A DNA stretch of 64,000 nucleotides from Eledone cirrhosa (lineage: Eukaryota). A program made the translations under genes and the position numbers. Positions within the stretch are counted from its first letter, which is position 1. Each line of letters begins with the position of its first letter. This document shows positions 49,468 to 62,563 of the stretch, piece after piece. The DNA lies in contig OZ024744.1 of assembly GCA_964016885.1 (NCBI GenBank), forward strand, positions 104,842,001 to 104,906,000, in the 5' to 3' direction. The notes beneath the pieces are model-generated. The model was given only the letters and a program-made list of their open reading frames with translations, was not told the origin of the DNA and ran no database searches.

Positions 49468-49581
49468 TAATGTATTTTGCAATACACTTTATGCTTAATT
49501 AAGCATGAAGTGTATTGCAAAATGCATTATATATACATCCATATATATATTGCTATTTCAGAGCTCCAATTCTAATTTTTA
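49468..49581. mobile_element. Short fold-back copy of the 12745-13361 element
   Basis: Hairpin tgtattttgcaatacactttatgcttaattaagcatgaagtgtattgcaaaatgca followed by the same end gagctccaattctaattttt. Confidence 0.8.
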
Positions 49582-50513
49582 TACACACATATATATATAT
49601 ATATATCCACAAGCATACATGTATTCATTTATAACTTGCCACGAAGGGAGGTATCTGTGAAAACCTTTGTGTTAACCGTAGTACCAATCGTTAAATTATT
49701 TGCTTCAATATTCGCTCCCTATCGCACTCCAAATTATTTATTCTCCATCCAATTTGTTCATCATAAACAATATATTTCGTAATATCGCTTGGCATAGTGA
49801 CAGCGGAAATATTATTTTCAATACAAGTTGAAAATGTAATTATACTACAGGCAAGTGTTTCTAATTGTTAAACTTTATAACGTTTATTAGATTTTTAAAA
49901 ATGCATCATTATCAATAATTAATATATATTAGCATTATTAATATCAATGATTAAGTTTGTTAAATCTTTTTTTTTTTTTATCTTTAGAATATTTTTATCT
50001 TTTTTATATATTCGATCTGCTCCTTTTCGCAGTCACATTACATTTTTTTTTTCTTCCTTACAATATAAACTATTGTGTATTTATGTAATTGTTCAATTGT
50101 TGTTAACATAAGCGCACTTGCAACTTCACGGCTTTCTACCATTAACATCTTACTCTATTTACCTTAATTTATAATTAATCTTTCCTAATTAACTTGCGGC
50201 GCTGTTATAACTTATGTCCTATACAAATGATAAGCTTCATTTTAAAATCACAAACAATTTCCAGATTGAAAATAAACATGTTTTAAAATTTTTTTAAGAA
50301 CATAATCGTAATGTACACCTTCGAAAAAAATTATCCATGAAAAATGTAAATTAACGTTACGGAGAATGAAAAGGAGGAGGAAGAAATAGTTTTTGTCGTT
50401 TCGTGTTTAGCGGATGAATAATTTCGAACGTGTAGAGTAACACCTAAAATTAAGTGATAAAAACTGCTTTATTCTTCAACAATGGTATACTACAGCTTTT
50501 AATATCTTAAATA

Positions 50514-50704
50514 ATTGTTTCTACTTTTGGCACAAGGCCAGCAATTTCCCAGTGTATTACTGGTACTTTATTTTATCGACCCCCGTAAGGATGAAAGGCA
50601 AAGTTAACCTCGGCGGGATTTGAACTCAGAATGGCAAGGGCCGTATATCTATGCGTCAAAGCATGGCGTCCGACCCTCTACCGATACTGCCAATTCACCG
50701 CCCT
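50514..50704 (-). mobile_element. Deu/Nin SINE, full length
   Basis: SINE consensus; 14-bp TSD atatcttaaataat. Confidence 0.92.
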
Positions 50705-51480
50705 ATATCTTAAATAATGCGACTCATACATACAGAAAAGTTGTGAATCAACTATTTTGAATTCGCCACTAAGTATTGTAAGTCAGCAATAAACAAACAT
50801 ATAAAAGCTGTTCATATATATTTCTTGGTTAATTTTCTATATATTTTCATTTTTATTACCATTCCGCACTAACACAGAAAATGGCGATACACTAAAATTA
50901 CATGAATTTAATTTTCTACCACAGCGAATTAAATAGATAAAGCTAGATTCCATACAGCTTGCTACTCTTCAAAACGGTGTTTATTTAAAAGACAATCGTC
51001 CCCGTAATTAATAAGAGGCTCTTCATCAAAATTATTTGACATACTTTATATATAATGACCAATGATGAAAACTGTGATATTATTTTTTAATGAGATTTTA
51101 TGAAACGTCATTTAATGTGTTGGCAGTGTTCTTCGTTAGTCATTAGATGTTGACGATAACCAGCTGAACCACGATTGCATAAACTTGTGATTAAAGTCAT
51201 TTCAACCATGGCAGTCCTGTCTTTTTAAAAGATTGCATGACTCATTTCTTTTCCTTATTTAAGACAGTAGGTTGGGATTGGAGAGAGTCTTGGATACAGA
51301 ACACTCAATTCGATTTCAGTGGGAAAATATTTTCCTCCGTTATTTCGGGTGCTATCAACTCATCTAACCTCCAAGATTCTGGCAATTAAATTTTTTTTCC
51401 CGGAGAACGGAGGTGATGACGCCCCCATCGGAGTTTTCCCTACAAGCTTTTGGTCTTTTTCTCCTGTCATCAAGAATATG

Positions 51481-51852
51481 ACTTCCAAACCAGCCGGAAC
51501 CGACTAGATTTGTAGAAAAGGTAGGGTGAAAGGAGCTGAAAAGACCATTGGAGTTTCACGGATCTACACACTTCTCGCGTTTGGTGGGAAATAATTATCT
51601 TTCCTCGATTTTTTTCTGGGCCTCTTAGATGCTTGCAATCCACTTTTTTTTACCCGGATTAGGCTTAGGGTTTCCGTTTTCCAAGGAAGAAAGCCGATTG
51701 CAAGTATCTAAGAGGTCCAGAAAAAACAAGGAAAGATAATTATTTCCCACCAAACTCGAGAGATGTGTAGATCTGTGAAACTTCGATGGTCTTTTCGCAC
51801 CCTTCACCTTACTTTTTCTACAAATCTAGTCGATTCCAACTAGTTTTGATGT
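51481..51852. repeat. Fold-back/MITE-like inverted repeat with ~150-bp diverged arms
   Basis: cgactagatttgtagaaaa...gcttgcaatc mirrored at 51696-51832. Confidence 0.75.
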
Positions 51853-52129
51853 TTAGCCGTAGGTTGAGTCTTATGAATCAGACTGGATCAAATGCTTTCC
51901 AACCGTTACCTAACTTTTTAAAGCTATATTCTCCAATGAGTCCTTTCCTAGCTGTTATTTTTTTGCATATTCAGTTACTGTGGGAAGGCTTCCTTCCTCC
52001 CTAATCTCTTTCTCTCTCTCAAATAAGACATGCTACATTGTGGAGGAAGACCTAGGAAATATTTGTATGATGTGAAAGGCAACCATTTTTGTATACTGCG
52101 CATGGCTATTTCCATGATGGAATTATGGC

Positions 52130-54060
52130 CTTGTTGTCTTGCCTACTGACAAGGACTTAAGTCTTCGCTAAGTTAATTTTGAGACCTTTTGAATTCAGAA
52201 TTTTCTTCCAAGTTTAGAATTTCTTCTCCGGTTCCAGAGCAGATTCAGCTAGGACTAGATTATCTGCATATAGGAGTTCCCAAGGAAAGGCAATCTTAAA
52301 CTCTTTTGTTATGGCCTGAAGGACAGAAGAGGGTTAAGGACAAAACCCTGCTGGACACCCACCCACTGACTGAATTCATTACTATATTCATTGTTAGTTT
52401 TCACTTTATTGACTACATCTCTATACCTGGCCCTTACTGCCCTCACAAGCAATTCATGTGTCCCTAGTTTCCTAAGTGCTCATTAGATTAATGAGCAACG
52501 TACTCTGTCAAAAGCTTTCTCGGGGTCATAACGGGGTTAGATATGTCATAACAGATCAGTCAGCACACAAGCAGTCTCTGACCTCCAGTGGGGTGGGGGG
52601 CTGACATCCAATTTTACACCATGCTGGGTGCATTTTAACATGGCACCAACACTAGACAAGTTGTTATCATTGGCAGAGCTGAAGAGTTCTGACCCTTTCT
52701 TTGGCAGGTTTTCTATGGCGGATGCCCTTCCTATCATTAACACTAGCAAAGTTATCATGCCCCCTGACACAACTAAAAATTTCTCTCAACTCCTTTTGGC
52801 TTATTTTCTTCAGCAGAATGCTCTTCCTATTGACAACTACCTTTTAGAGTGTACTAGGTGATCATTTATCATGTAGATCACCAACACTAGGGTAATTTGT
52901 CATTTACACAACTGGATGGTCCTCCCGACCCTTTGTGTGGCAAATGTTCTGACTGGATGCTCTTCCTATTACCAAGTACTTTACTGAGTGTACTGGGTGT
53001 ATTTTTCATGGCACAGGCACTAGAGAGGTTGTTGTTGTCAACTGAAGCGCACAGACATACATAGGATATATGACATGAGTGAGTGCCAAGGGAGGAGGGA
53101 TTTGATAGGGTGAGAAGTGATTTGTGTCGGAAGGAATGTATAGTGTTGGGGATGCAGTGATAGGAATATCACTTTGCTGTTAGTAAAAGTATCAGCTCTC
53201 TAAATTTTTTCTGATCCTAACTATCACACTTTCAGTACATGCACCACTGCTAATTTGATTACCTAGGTAACAAAAGCTGTTGAGAACTAAAGAGCCTCCC
53301 TGGCTCTACTTTGCGGTGTGTTCTTAGTACTATGTATCTGCCATAAACATAGTCTATCTTTCCCGTTAGCCTTCCTACGACACCACTACACCATTTTGCA
53401 TCTATAGATTACACCATGTACACTTCATAGAATTTTTGCTGACCCTTTTCAACACATTGAGCAACGCCACTTTCCTGACTTATTCATCTTCCTACTTACT
53501 AACAGTTTAGTTTTCGTTAGATTAGCTTCTAGGTATTTCATTTCTAATTTTTTCTTCCATGCTTGGAATTTTGCCTCTAACTTTCGTATAGATTTGGCTA
53601 TAAATACTAGATTTATCAACATACAAGAATTCTCTTAGCATACTAGTTGTAAACAGCTTAATGATGGTCGTAAGAAAAATGATAAACAGAGATGGTCTAA
53701 GGACCTCGTTCGTTGCACTTCTATACAGTGCTTACATGATCCTACGAATCCATTTGTCTACACTTAGATTCTTTAGTAACCACAGGATTACAAAGCAGTT
53801 GATTCCGAAAAGCTTTCTCCAGATCCGCTAATGACATTAATAGACTCTTAGCTAATTACTTCTGCAGTTGTCTCATCAAAAAGAGGGCATCAGTAGTTCT
53901 ACTTGAACATCACTCTGTCTCTAATTATTTGTTTCATATCCCTTTCAATAACTTGTATTACCTGGTCCATCAACTTCATGCTTTTTTACTTACCACTCTC
54001 TAGTGCATGTCCTTTACCCTTGTAGCAATTCTCAATGAACTACTTGATATCACCACCACC
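52130..54060 (-). mobile_element. Old RTE and SINE fragments
   Basis: EKAFDRV-like sequence at ~52510 and ~53810; SINE tail motifs 52700-53010. Confidence 0.6.
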
Positions 54061-54133
54061 CCACTCTCAAGAGCGTGAAATTAATAAACATTCGTTGTAC
54101 TGCCTCTCTGTCTTGTTCCTGTTCAAATTTTCC

Positions 54134-54176
<43 letters not shown>

Positions 54177-54258
54177 ATAATAATAAATTTGAAGACTAAA
54201 ATCCAAAGAGGGCTCGATAAGGATAAATATATATCAAATATATAAGAACCGTAGAGCA

Positions 54259-54386
54259 AATATTTATTAAAATAACCGATTAAAGTTTAAGCAAAGAATC
54301 GCTGCTTTCACCCTTCATAAGATCCCGTTAAGGGTGAAAGCAACGATTCTTTGCTTAAACTTTAATCTGTTATTTTAATAAATATA
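54259..54386. repeat. Hairpin with ~57-bp arms and a ~13-nt loop
   Basis: tatttattaaaataaccgattaaagtttaagcaaagaatcgctgctttcaccctt mirrored. Confidence 0.9.
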
Positions 54387-54659
54387 TATATATATATATA
54401 AGTTAAAACAAAAAACAACAACGAAGAGTGCAGTACAAAGTGTTAGTATTAGGTTCACGCTTGAGAGTGGGGGTGGTTTTCTGCTAGCATGTGTAGTGTG
54501 TATATTGATATTATACGCAAGTATATATACATGTAGATATGATACATCAAATAAAACCGTAATTGACAATATACACAAAAATTGAACGAAGACTGTGTTA
54601 CACCCTCTTTTGTAATCAGTAACGTAATCCATGATACATTAAACAAAGACGATATTATA

Positions 54660-54826
54660 TAGAGTCGAGTCGGACGCTATGCTTTCCAGCAGAATTACGT
54701 CCCTTTACGGACTGAGTTCAAATCTCGTCGAGGTTAACTTTGCCTTTCATCCTTACGGGGTCGATAAAATAAAGTACCAGTAATGTACTGGGTAATTGCT
54801 GGCCTTGTGCCAAAAGTAGAAATAAT
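54660..54826 (+). mobile_element. Deu/Nin SINE
   Basis: SINE consensus. Confidence 0.88.
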
Positions 54827-55471
54827 TATATATAAACTGTATTAGGAGAAAATTAGTGACGGAAATACATTTTATTTAAGCGATCGCTAACCAGAAGTGT
54901 TGACATTTGAACTCGTTGACATTTAAAGAAATGGATCTTTAAATAAGCAATATATTTAATCAAAAGCTACGAAATTTAGCAGATAAATTATGCAATATTC
55001 ATTCATTATTTATTCAAAGTAATCCAACTTATTTTACAAACGGGATAAAAAATTATATTCTGAATGCAGTCCCGCACCCCTTTCTTTATTATAGTTAAAG
55101 ATATGTATTACTTGTGTGCGCTAAAGCTGTGTTAGAGACGCTGAGATGAGACTTGGAAAAAACGGTTTGAGACAGAGAGTAGATTTCTTTAGATGTTCAT
55201 ATATATATATAAAGTCTGTGACATTTATCTGTTATTTCTTCAAAGTAACATTTTAAACTTTGCTCCGTTTAATTGATTATTTATCTTGTTGATTTCTACG
55301 GACTAAGGAGGAAAAGAATTGGATATATTTTGTCTGACTGTTCTTCAAACTTATAATTTTATATAGCTCTGATTAATAATTATTTGCTCAATTCATTTTT
55401 TCATTGAGCAACACCGTTGGAGGTAGCCACACTCATATATGTATCTGTGACTATGTCTAAATATATACATA

Positions 55472-56615
55472 CTAGCAGCAGGACCCGACGTTGCACAGGG
55501 TAGGAAACGAAATAGCAACACACATATGCAAAGATTGAGGAATGTAGCTGTGTATTTTTTTGAATTCCCTTATTCTCAGGGAATGATTGTTCATCTACTG
55601 GAAACGTAGAACACCAGCAGGCCCGAATCGTGAAACATCTGCATGCATGTGCAAAATCTGAAGAAAATCAGCTGGATACTCTTTAAGCGTACTAAATCTT
55701 AGAGTATGATTTTTCTTCCATTTGGAGGGAATCGGTTAGGTACTTTTCGAGTATTATAGATTCGCAGCCAGTCATCCGGACAGACATCATCTGAAGGAAC
55801 AACGTAGTCAATTGTGTGAAAACCAAGTAGGGATGTATGTTTAAGTAGGGTTATTGAGATGACGAAATCAGCGTGGCAACGCAGCTGCAGCAGAAGGTGC
55901 AATTAACACAAAGGCACTGGTTGCACTGCGTTTACACAGCAACAAAGGTGCGACAAAAGGTGTCACCGCGGAATTAGCAGAACTTGCGCGGGGCGTTCAT
56001 ACTGCGGTGTAGGTGCAACAAAAGGCGTCTTAGTAGAAGTAGCACAGACGTGAGTTTTACGGTGTCAATAACACGGTAACGTACACAGGGCCCGGATTTG
56101 CGCGTGATAAAACATGAAGTGTCAACAGGGTGGTAACAAAATTTTTAAGGTCCTCATTTCCTTAATGTTCCGAAGATGGTCCTGCTTAAAAGTAAGTCCT
56201 CTGTTAAATAAACCAAATTTTTAACAAAATATTATATGCTACTTACGATGTTTAAGTAGCGTTTATATTGAAAATGAAAATGGCATCTAATGCCCAATGC
56301 TAATTCGTAAATTTCCTAGAAACCATTAATGGAATTGGAATTATTTTTTGTCCACAGCAATGCGAGGGGACTAACTAATGTGTGCTGCAAATTTCGAGGA
56401 AATTGGCTGGATTATCTTTAAGTTACGCTTCAAAAGAACCTTAAAATGCAGTTTTTCGCCTAATGCAGGCCCTAGGGCAGAAAAAGTTGAAATTTTTTTA
56501 GGCCATTGCACTTCAGGAAATATAAGTAACGCATGTGTAAAGTTTGAAAAAAATCGGTCGGGTACTTCTCGAGATTTAGGGATTTACACAGACAGACATC
56601 TTTTGTTTTATTTAT
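55472..56615 (-). mobile_element. Non-autonomous Helitron-like element
   Basis: Minus-strand 3' end ccctgtgcaacgtcgggtcctgctgCTAG-T; cagacagac and tttatttat at the other end. Confidence 0.65.
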
Positions 56616-56809
56616 CCTTATGAATTTATTCTATACTCCCTTACGGCCGAGTAAACCTTAGGCAGTAACTAACTGCTTCTTCTATCAATTAACTTACTTG
56701 CCATCCAGACTACCCTTCTACTTTGACTGCTAGCCATGTGATGTTTTTCACCCCTTTTGAATTCGTTACTGGCGGCGATCACTTCAGAAACTTTAGTCCT
56801 AACCAAGGA

Positions 56810-56897
56810 AGTCTATTGAAAAGCTCGAAGCCTCATGGATAATATTAGGATTAGATATATCCACAAAGTACGAGCGAAACTATCGATAGTCGGGACT
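56810..56897 (+). ncRNA. Type I hammerhead ribozyme, U3:A8 variant with extended stem II
   Basis: agtcta-TTGAAAA-gctcg...cgagc-GAAA-ctatcgatag-TC-gggact; palindromic stem III. Confidence 0.72.
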
Positions 56898-57094
56898 GGG
56901 AGAATTTTGGTAAAGTGTATCTACATTTTTTCTTCAATCTTACATTTTAGACTTAGCTCCGTTTAATTGATTATTTGTCTAGTTAATTTCTACAGACTAA
57001 GAGGAAAGACTAGGTAAATGTTATCTAACTGTTCCTCATGGAGGAAAGTCTATGACATTTATCTGTTCTTCAAACTTATAATTTTATATATATA

Positions 57095-57560
57095 CTAGCC
57101 GAATTACCCAAGCCTTGCTGTGTTTCACACATAAAAAAGTAGAGGCATTAACTAATAATTTTTGTTGTCAAAACACTAGTGATGTTTTGACATAGATAAA
57201 ATGTCTAAATTAGCCAAATTTAACTATAAAAGAGAGGTTCTTTTTTTTTTTTGTTGATTTATGTTTAATTAATAGAAAAACCTCATGATAATAGAGGTTC
57301 CAATACTCAAGTTATGGGCTTAATTTGCTGAAATTTTGTGAATAGGCATCATATCTTGTCATTTACCTATGGTTTAAATTTCATATAAATCGAAGGGAAA
57401 AAGTTTTCAGCAGGGGTTTGTGCCCCCGGGGAACCCTTTGATTAAAAGGAAATATACTTATCCAAGTACCCTGGGCAATTGGGGGTCTATCTCCCAGACC
57501 ATAGGAGGAGTTCCTGAACAAACAAACAAACAGACAGGAACTACAACTTTATATATATAG

Positions 57561-57561
<1 letters not shown>
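57095..57561 (-). mobile_element. Non-autonomous Helitron
   Basis: Minus strand starts TCtatatatataaag then (tttg)n, ends CTAG, A^T target. Confidence 0.8.
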
Positions 57562-57591
<30 letters not shown>

Positions 57592-57672
57592 ATTATATAT
57601 AGCTGTATGTATGTGTGATTATATAGCTGTGTGTGTGATATATAGCTGTATGTGTGATTATATATATAGCTG

Positions 57673-57883
57673 TCATCATCATCATCATCATCGTCACCGT
57701 TTTACGTCCGTTCTTCCACGCTAGCATGGGTTAGACGGGTTGTCCTGTTGTGGGCAGTGTCTGGTCGGCTGACCATGCCTTGCTCATACAGGAACTGATT
57801 TGGCTTGGTTTCTACAGCTGGATGCCCTTCCTAACACCAACCTCATTTACAGTGAGTGCTGGGTACTTTTTTTCCGTGGCGCC
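57673..57883 (-). mobile_element. RTE-tailed SINE 3' part inserted in a gtgattatatagctgt minisatellite
   Basis: (cat)n tail, ggatgcccttcctaacaccaacc. Confidence 0.8.
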
Positions 57884-58654
57884 TGTGTGTGTGATTATAT
57901 ATAGCTGTGTGTATGTGTGATTATATAGCTGTATGTGTGAGTATGTGTGATTATATATAACTGTATATATGTGTCTATATACAGTGGCAGAGTGGATCTA
58001 AAAATATTGGTTAATTTTTATAATGAATAAAGAATATTTCAAAAAAATACATGTGAAAACAAAACAGTGCAATCAAATTTTTGCGGAATGTGTATTTTTT
58101 ACTAATTATAGAGTATATATACTGTACATATTACTGGCAGTGTACAGTAATACAGAATGTTATAATTGAATTTTTAAATAATTGTGAATGTATAGTACAC
58201 TGTCTTATCTTCAACAATAAAAAATTATACACATCCAGAGGCTTTCAATAATGACCTTTGGCCTTTCACACTCACTCATCATCATCATCATCATTGTTTA
58301 ACGTCCAGGGTGGCCGTGTCTCGCTCATATAGGACTATCTGGCAGGTTTTCAACGGCTGGATGCCCTTCCTAACACCAACCACATTTACAGTGTGGAACT
58401 GGGAATTTTTTACCGTGTTACCTACACGACCACATTACAGCGTGGACTGTGTGTTTTTTTTTGTCGTGACACCTACACAATCTCATCATCTCATTTATTT
58501 GGACTGAATGTTGTGGTACCAACTTTACAGAGAGGGTGGCGTTGGTGGGAGTGGGAGGATAGGGTAGGGGTAGTGGATTGGGGTGTATATTTGGTTAAGA
58601 GGTGCCTACTGACTGTAGGTTTCGCTTTGTACATAGGTAAGGAGGGTCTTCTGT

Positions 58655-59050
58655 ATTACTGAGAAGCGCCAGAGATATCGGTCCAGAGACATTGTCTTAG
58701 AGAGGTGCAAGTGTGTAAGGTCGGAATTTGTCAGATCGTCCCAGGTTTTTCTGGGTCTACCTACTCCATAATTTCCATCAATTTTGATCACCCTGCACTT
58801 TTTATACAGCTGTCGTCTTTAATGCGCATCATGTGACCATACCAACGTAGTCTTCTCTCGAGTAAACAGCATCTGATCCCTCTTATTCCTAATTTCTCAC
58901 TTAGTTCATTTATGCTTTCCCGTTTGTGTATATTACTATTACACATCCAACGGAGCATGCCTGCTTCATTCCTTTCCAATCTGCACACAATGCCCATGTG
59001 TCACTGCCATGTAACATTGCTGTTCGTATTCAGGCATCACACAATCTGCT
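58655..59050 (-). mobile_element. RTE 3' fragment
   Basis: RLERNEAGMLRWMC, RRLRWYGHM, GRPRKTW. Confidence 0.85.
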
Positions 59051-59249
59051 TTTCATTTTTATATAAATATCTGTGTGTACATGTGTATGTGTATATATAG
59101 ATTTATATATGTCTATAATACGAAGAGGGTGTTTAACTCCAACACACTCCAGTATTTTAACCCTTATATGTGTATATATACATGTTTTCAACTTGTACAA
59201 ACATTATTTGAGATCCAGAGTGTGGTGTTAGTCATCTAAGGAACTGAAA

Positions 59250-59279
<30 letters not shown>

Positions 59280-59284
<5 letters not shown>

Positions 59285-59615
59285 TTAGTGGTTAGAGCAT
59301 TGGCCCATTGGCCTTGCAATTGAAAGGTTGTGTGTTCAATTCTCGGACCGGGTGTTGTGTTGTTTCCTTGAGCAAGACACTTTATTTCACATTGCTCCAG
59401 TTTACTCAGCTGTAGAAATGAGATGATAGGGACTGGGGTCCCTATCATTCCACTGCAAAGTGGTTGTGGAGGTGCCACAGCAAAAAAGCACCCAGCACTC
59501 ACTGTAAATAAGGTTGGTGTTAGTAAGGGCATCCAGCTGTAGAAATCAAGCCAGAATCAGTTTCCCGTCCCACCCTGACAAGCAGGGAAAAGCAGATGTA
59601 AAATGATGATGATGA
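59280..59615 (+). mobile_element. tRNA-derived CORE-type SINE with RTE-like tail
   Basis: A box tggcttagtgg, B box gttcaattc, ccttgagcaagacacttta core, (gat)n tail. Confidence 0.82.
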
Positions 59616-59860
59616 TTATATACATATATATATATGCACAGAGGTATCAACTGTAAGTTGTGGGGTCTATTCTGGATGAAGAAATCAATGTAATCCATAC
59701 GTTGAAAATGTTGTAGGTTAAGATAAATCTCAGAAAAGGAAAACAGTCATGATATAAGTTAAAACAATGAAATAAAAAATCAAGTCATTAGAGATATACT
59801 TCACTGCTTTACAATCGTTTCTAGATGGTGATAATACATTGTATCTATACTCAGTTATTG

Positions 59861-59976
59861 ATCTGAGTTCAAATCCCGCCGAGGTTAACTTTGCCTTTCA
59901 TCCTTACTGGGTCGATAAAATAAAGTACCAGTAATACACTGAGTAATTGCTGGCCTTGTGCCTAACGTAGAAACAG
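59861..59976 (+). mobile_element. 5'-truncated Deu/Nin SINE in the left arm only
   Basis: TSD cagttattgatct at 59852 and 59974; empty site at ~63425-63437. Confidence 0.92.
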
Positions 59977-60793
59977 TTATTGATCTATGTAAGTTTACAA
60001 ACTATCAGATAGAGAGAATATTTACTTACATGTTTATCACCAGCTGTTTTCAAAAGCAATAATAATTTTATTCAATAATAATTATTTGGAGGTAGTGAAA
60101 GAACTAACAAATCTAATTGTTTTTTTCATATGGTGTTAAGATGAAAAGTAATACACTTTAGTTGAGGTCATGACTCTTTGAAAGGTGTTAGTAGAAATGG
60201 CATAAAAATCTATTAGGAAGGAAGGGGATTGTCAAACTGATAGTTGAATGTATCTTGTATAGTGAATTTAAAAGGAATGTCAAAATAAATGGTGATTAGT
60301 GTTGTATTGAGTTTTAAGGTGAATATAAATTAATGTTATGGCTAGGAAAGATAGTATATTAAAAGATGAAAATTATAATAAGATAATGTGATGTAGTAAT
60401 GCAATAATATACAACTTAACCAACAGAATATAGTACGGTGTGGTAAATTGCACTCAGTATAATATAACATATTATACGCTCTAAAATATCACTAAGTATG
60501 TTTATGCATAAACAATCAAACTCAGATAAGTACATGTTGGCATAGTTAAAACACATAAATTTCATAGTCTACAAAGTGCATATATTCACACCACATACAG
60601 AGAGAGGTACAGTTATATTGATATCTAACCAAAATATACATACATGCAAATAGATGCAAACCTAAATACACATCCACACGCATGCATATAATCATATATA
60701 TACATATCCATACATATCTATATTCACACATACACATCTATACCCCCATATATACATATACATATACAGAAACATACACATATACACACACAC

Positions 60794-60824
<31 letters not shown>

Positions 60825-60827
60825 TAC

Positions 60828-60860
<33 letters not shown>

Positions 60861-61009
60861 CATATACATACACACATATATATATATATACATATACAAC
60901 ACACATACACATATATATATACACACTTGTGTGAGCATATGTACACTCCTCTTACATGTGCACATACTCATATTTAAATATTCATACACCTATACTCACA
61001 TATACACAC

Positions 61010-61046
<37 letters not shown>

Positions 61047-61362
61047 CACACACACATACACATATATATATATACACACCCATATATACATATATATATA
61101 TACATATAAAAACACATATACATACCCATACATATACATACACACATACACATACATACACAAGCATATACATATATACACATATACATAAACATATATA
61201 TATATAAATGGAATAGAATGAAACGAAATTTCATTTCTCACTCTTAGTACGGCACTTACTTAAATGTAAGTATGTATGTATGTATACGTACATAGATATA
61301 TGTATACAGACGTACAGTAGTACGTATATATATACATACATGCACACATATATATATGCACG

Positions 61363-61402
<40 letters not shown>

Positions 61403-61531
61403 AATATATACATACATAAATATATTTCCATATCATACATAGATGTTTATTTTCACTCATGCAATTACGGGTGGCTGTGTACCTTGTTGCCTTTAGTCAT
61501 TAACGCATAAATCTAAGGAAGCTAAAACATA

Positions 61532-61920
61532 ATGGAAACTTTGATTAATAATGTAGTATATAAATGCACTGTGTCTACTACAGACTCCAACAAAACATAT
61601 ATAGGATCTACATCAAACACTTTTAAGAAAAGATTTTACGCACACACTAGTAGTTTCAACAATACTAAACTAGCAAACACCACATCTTTAGCTGAAGCGG
61701 TAAATAATTATAAAAAGAAAAAAATAGATTTTAAGTTATCGTGGAACACCATTCTACAAAAACTCCATATCTTGGAAACAGGAGGAAATGCGGATTATGT
61801 TCAGGAGAGATCTTGGAAATTACTAAATCTAAGGACGATTTATTAAATAAAAGACAGGAATTGATCATAGTCTGTAATCACCGTATACAAAAAACATTTA
61901 AATACTATAAACCTAATTAA
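61532..61920 (+). pseudogene. GIY-YIG endonuclease of a Penelope-like element (frameshifted)
   Basis: VVY..YIG motifs, catalytic R, C-terminal LLNKR..C.H. Confidence 0.85.
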
Positions 61921-62152
61921 ATATTCTAAATAGCAACTCGCTATAATTCCGTATAGAATAACATTTATTAGTACCTCTTTCCCCTAATTATATGCTTTCA
62001 TGCTTATTTTTGCCTTTTAATGTTTTAGCTTCCTTAGATTTATGCGTTAATGACTAGAGGCAACAAGGTACACAGCCACCCGTAATTGCATGAGTGAAAA
62101 TAAACATCTATGTATGATATGGAAATATATTTATGTGTGTATATATTTGTGA

Positions 62153-62224
<72 letters not shown>

Positions 62225-62498
62225 GTATGTATGTGTATATATGTATATGCTTGTTTGTGTATGTATATATGTATATATATATATGTATATATGGGTGTGT
62301 ATATATATATGGGTGTGTGTGTGTGTGTGTATATATATATGTGTGTGTGTGTGTATATATATATATGTGTGTGTATATATATGTGTGTGTGTATATATAT
62401 GTGTTTGTGTGTGTGTATATGTGAGTATAGGTGTATGAATGTTTATATACGAGTATGTGCACATGTAAGAGGAGTGTACATATGCTCACACAAGTGTG

Positions 62499-62563
<65 letters not shown>

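Noticed and set aside
54588-54640. Possible minus-strand hammerhead (ctgatta...taac...gtc)
   Set aside because: Core is degenerate and stems I and III do not pair convincingly.
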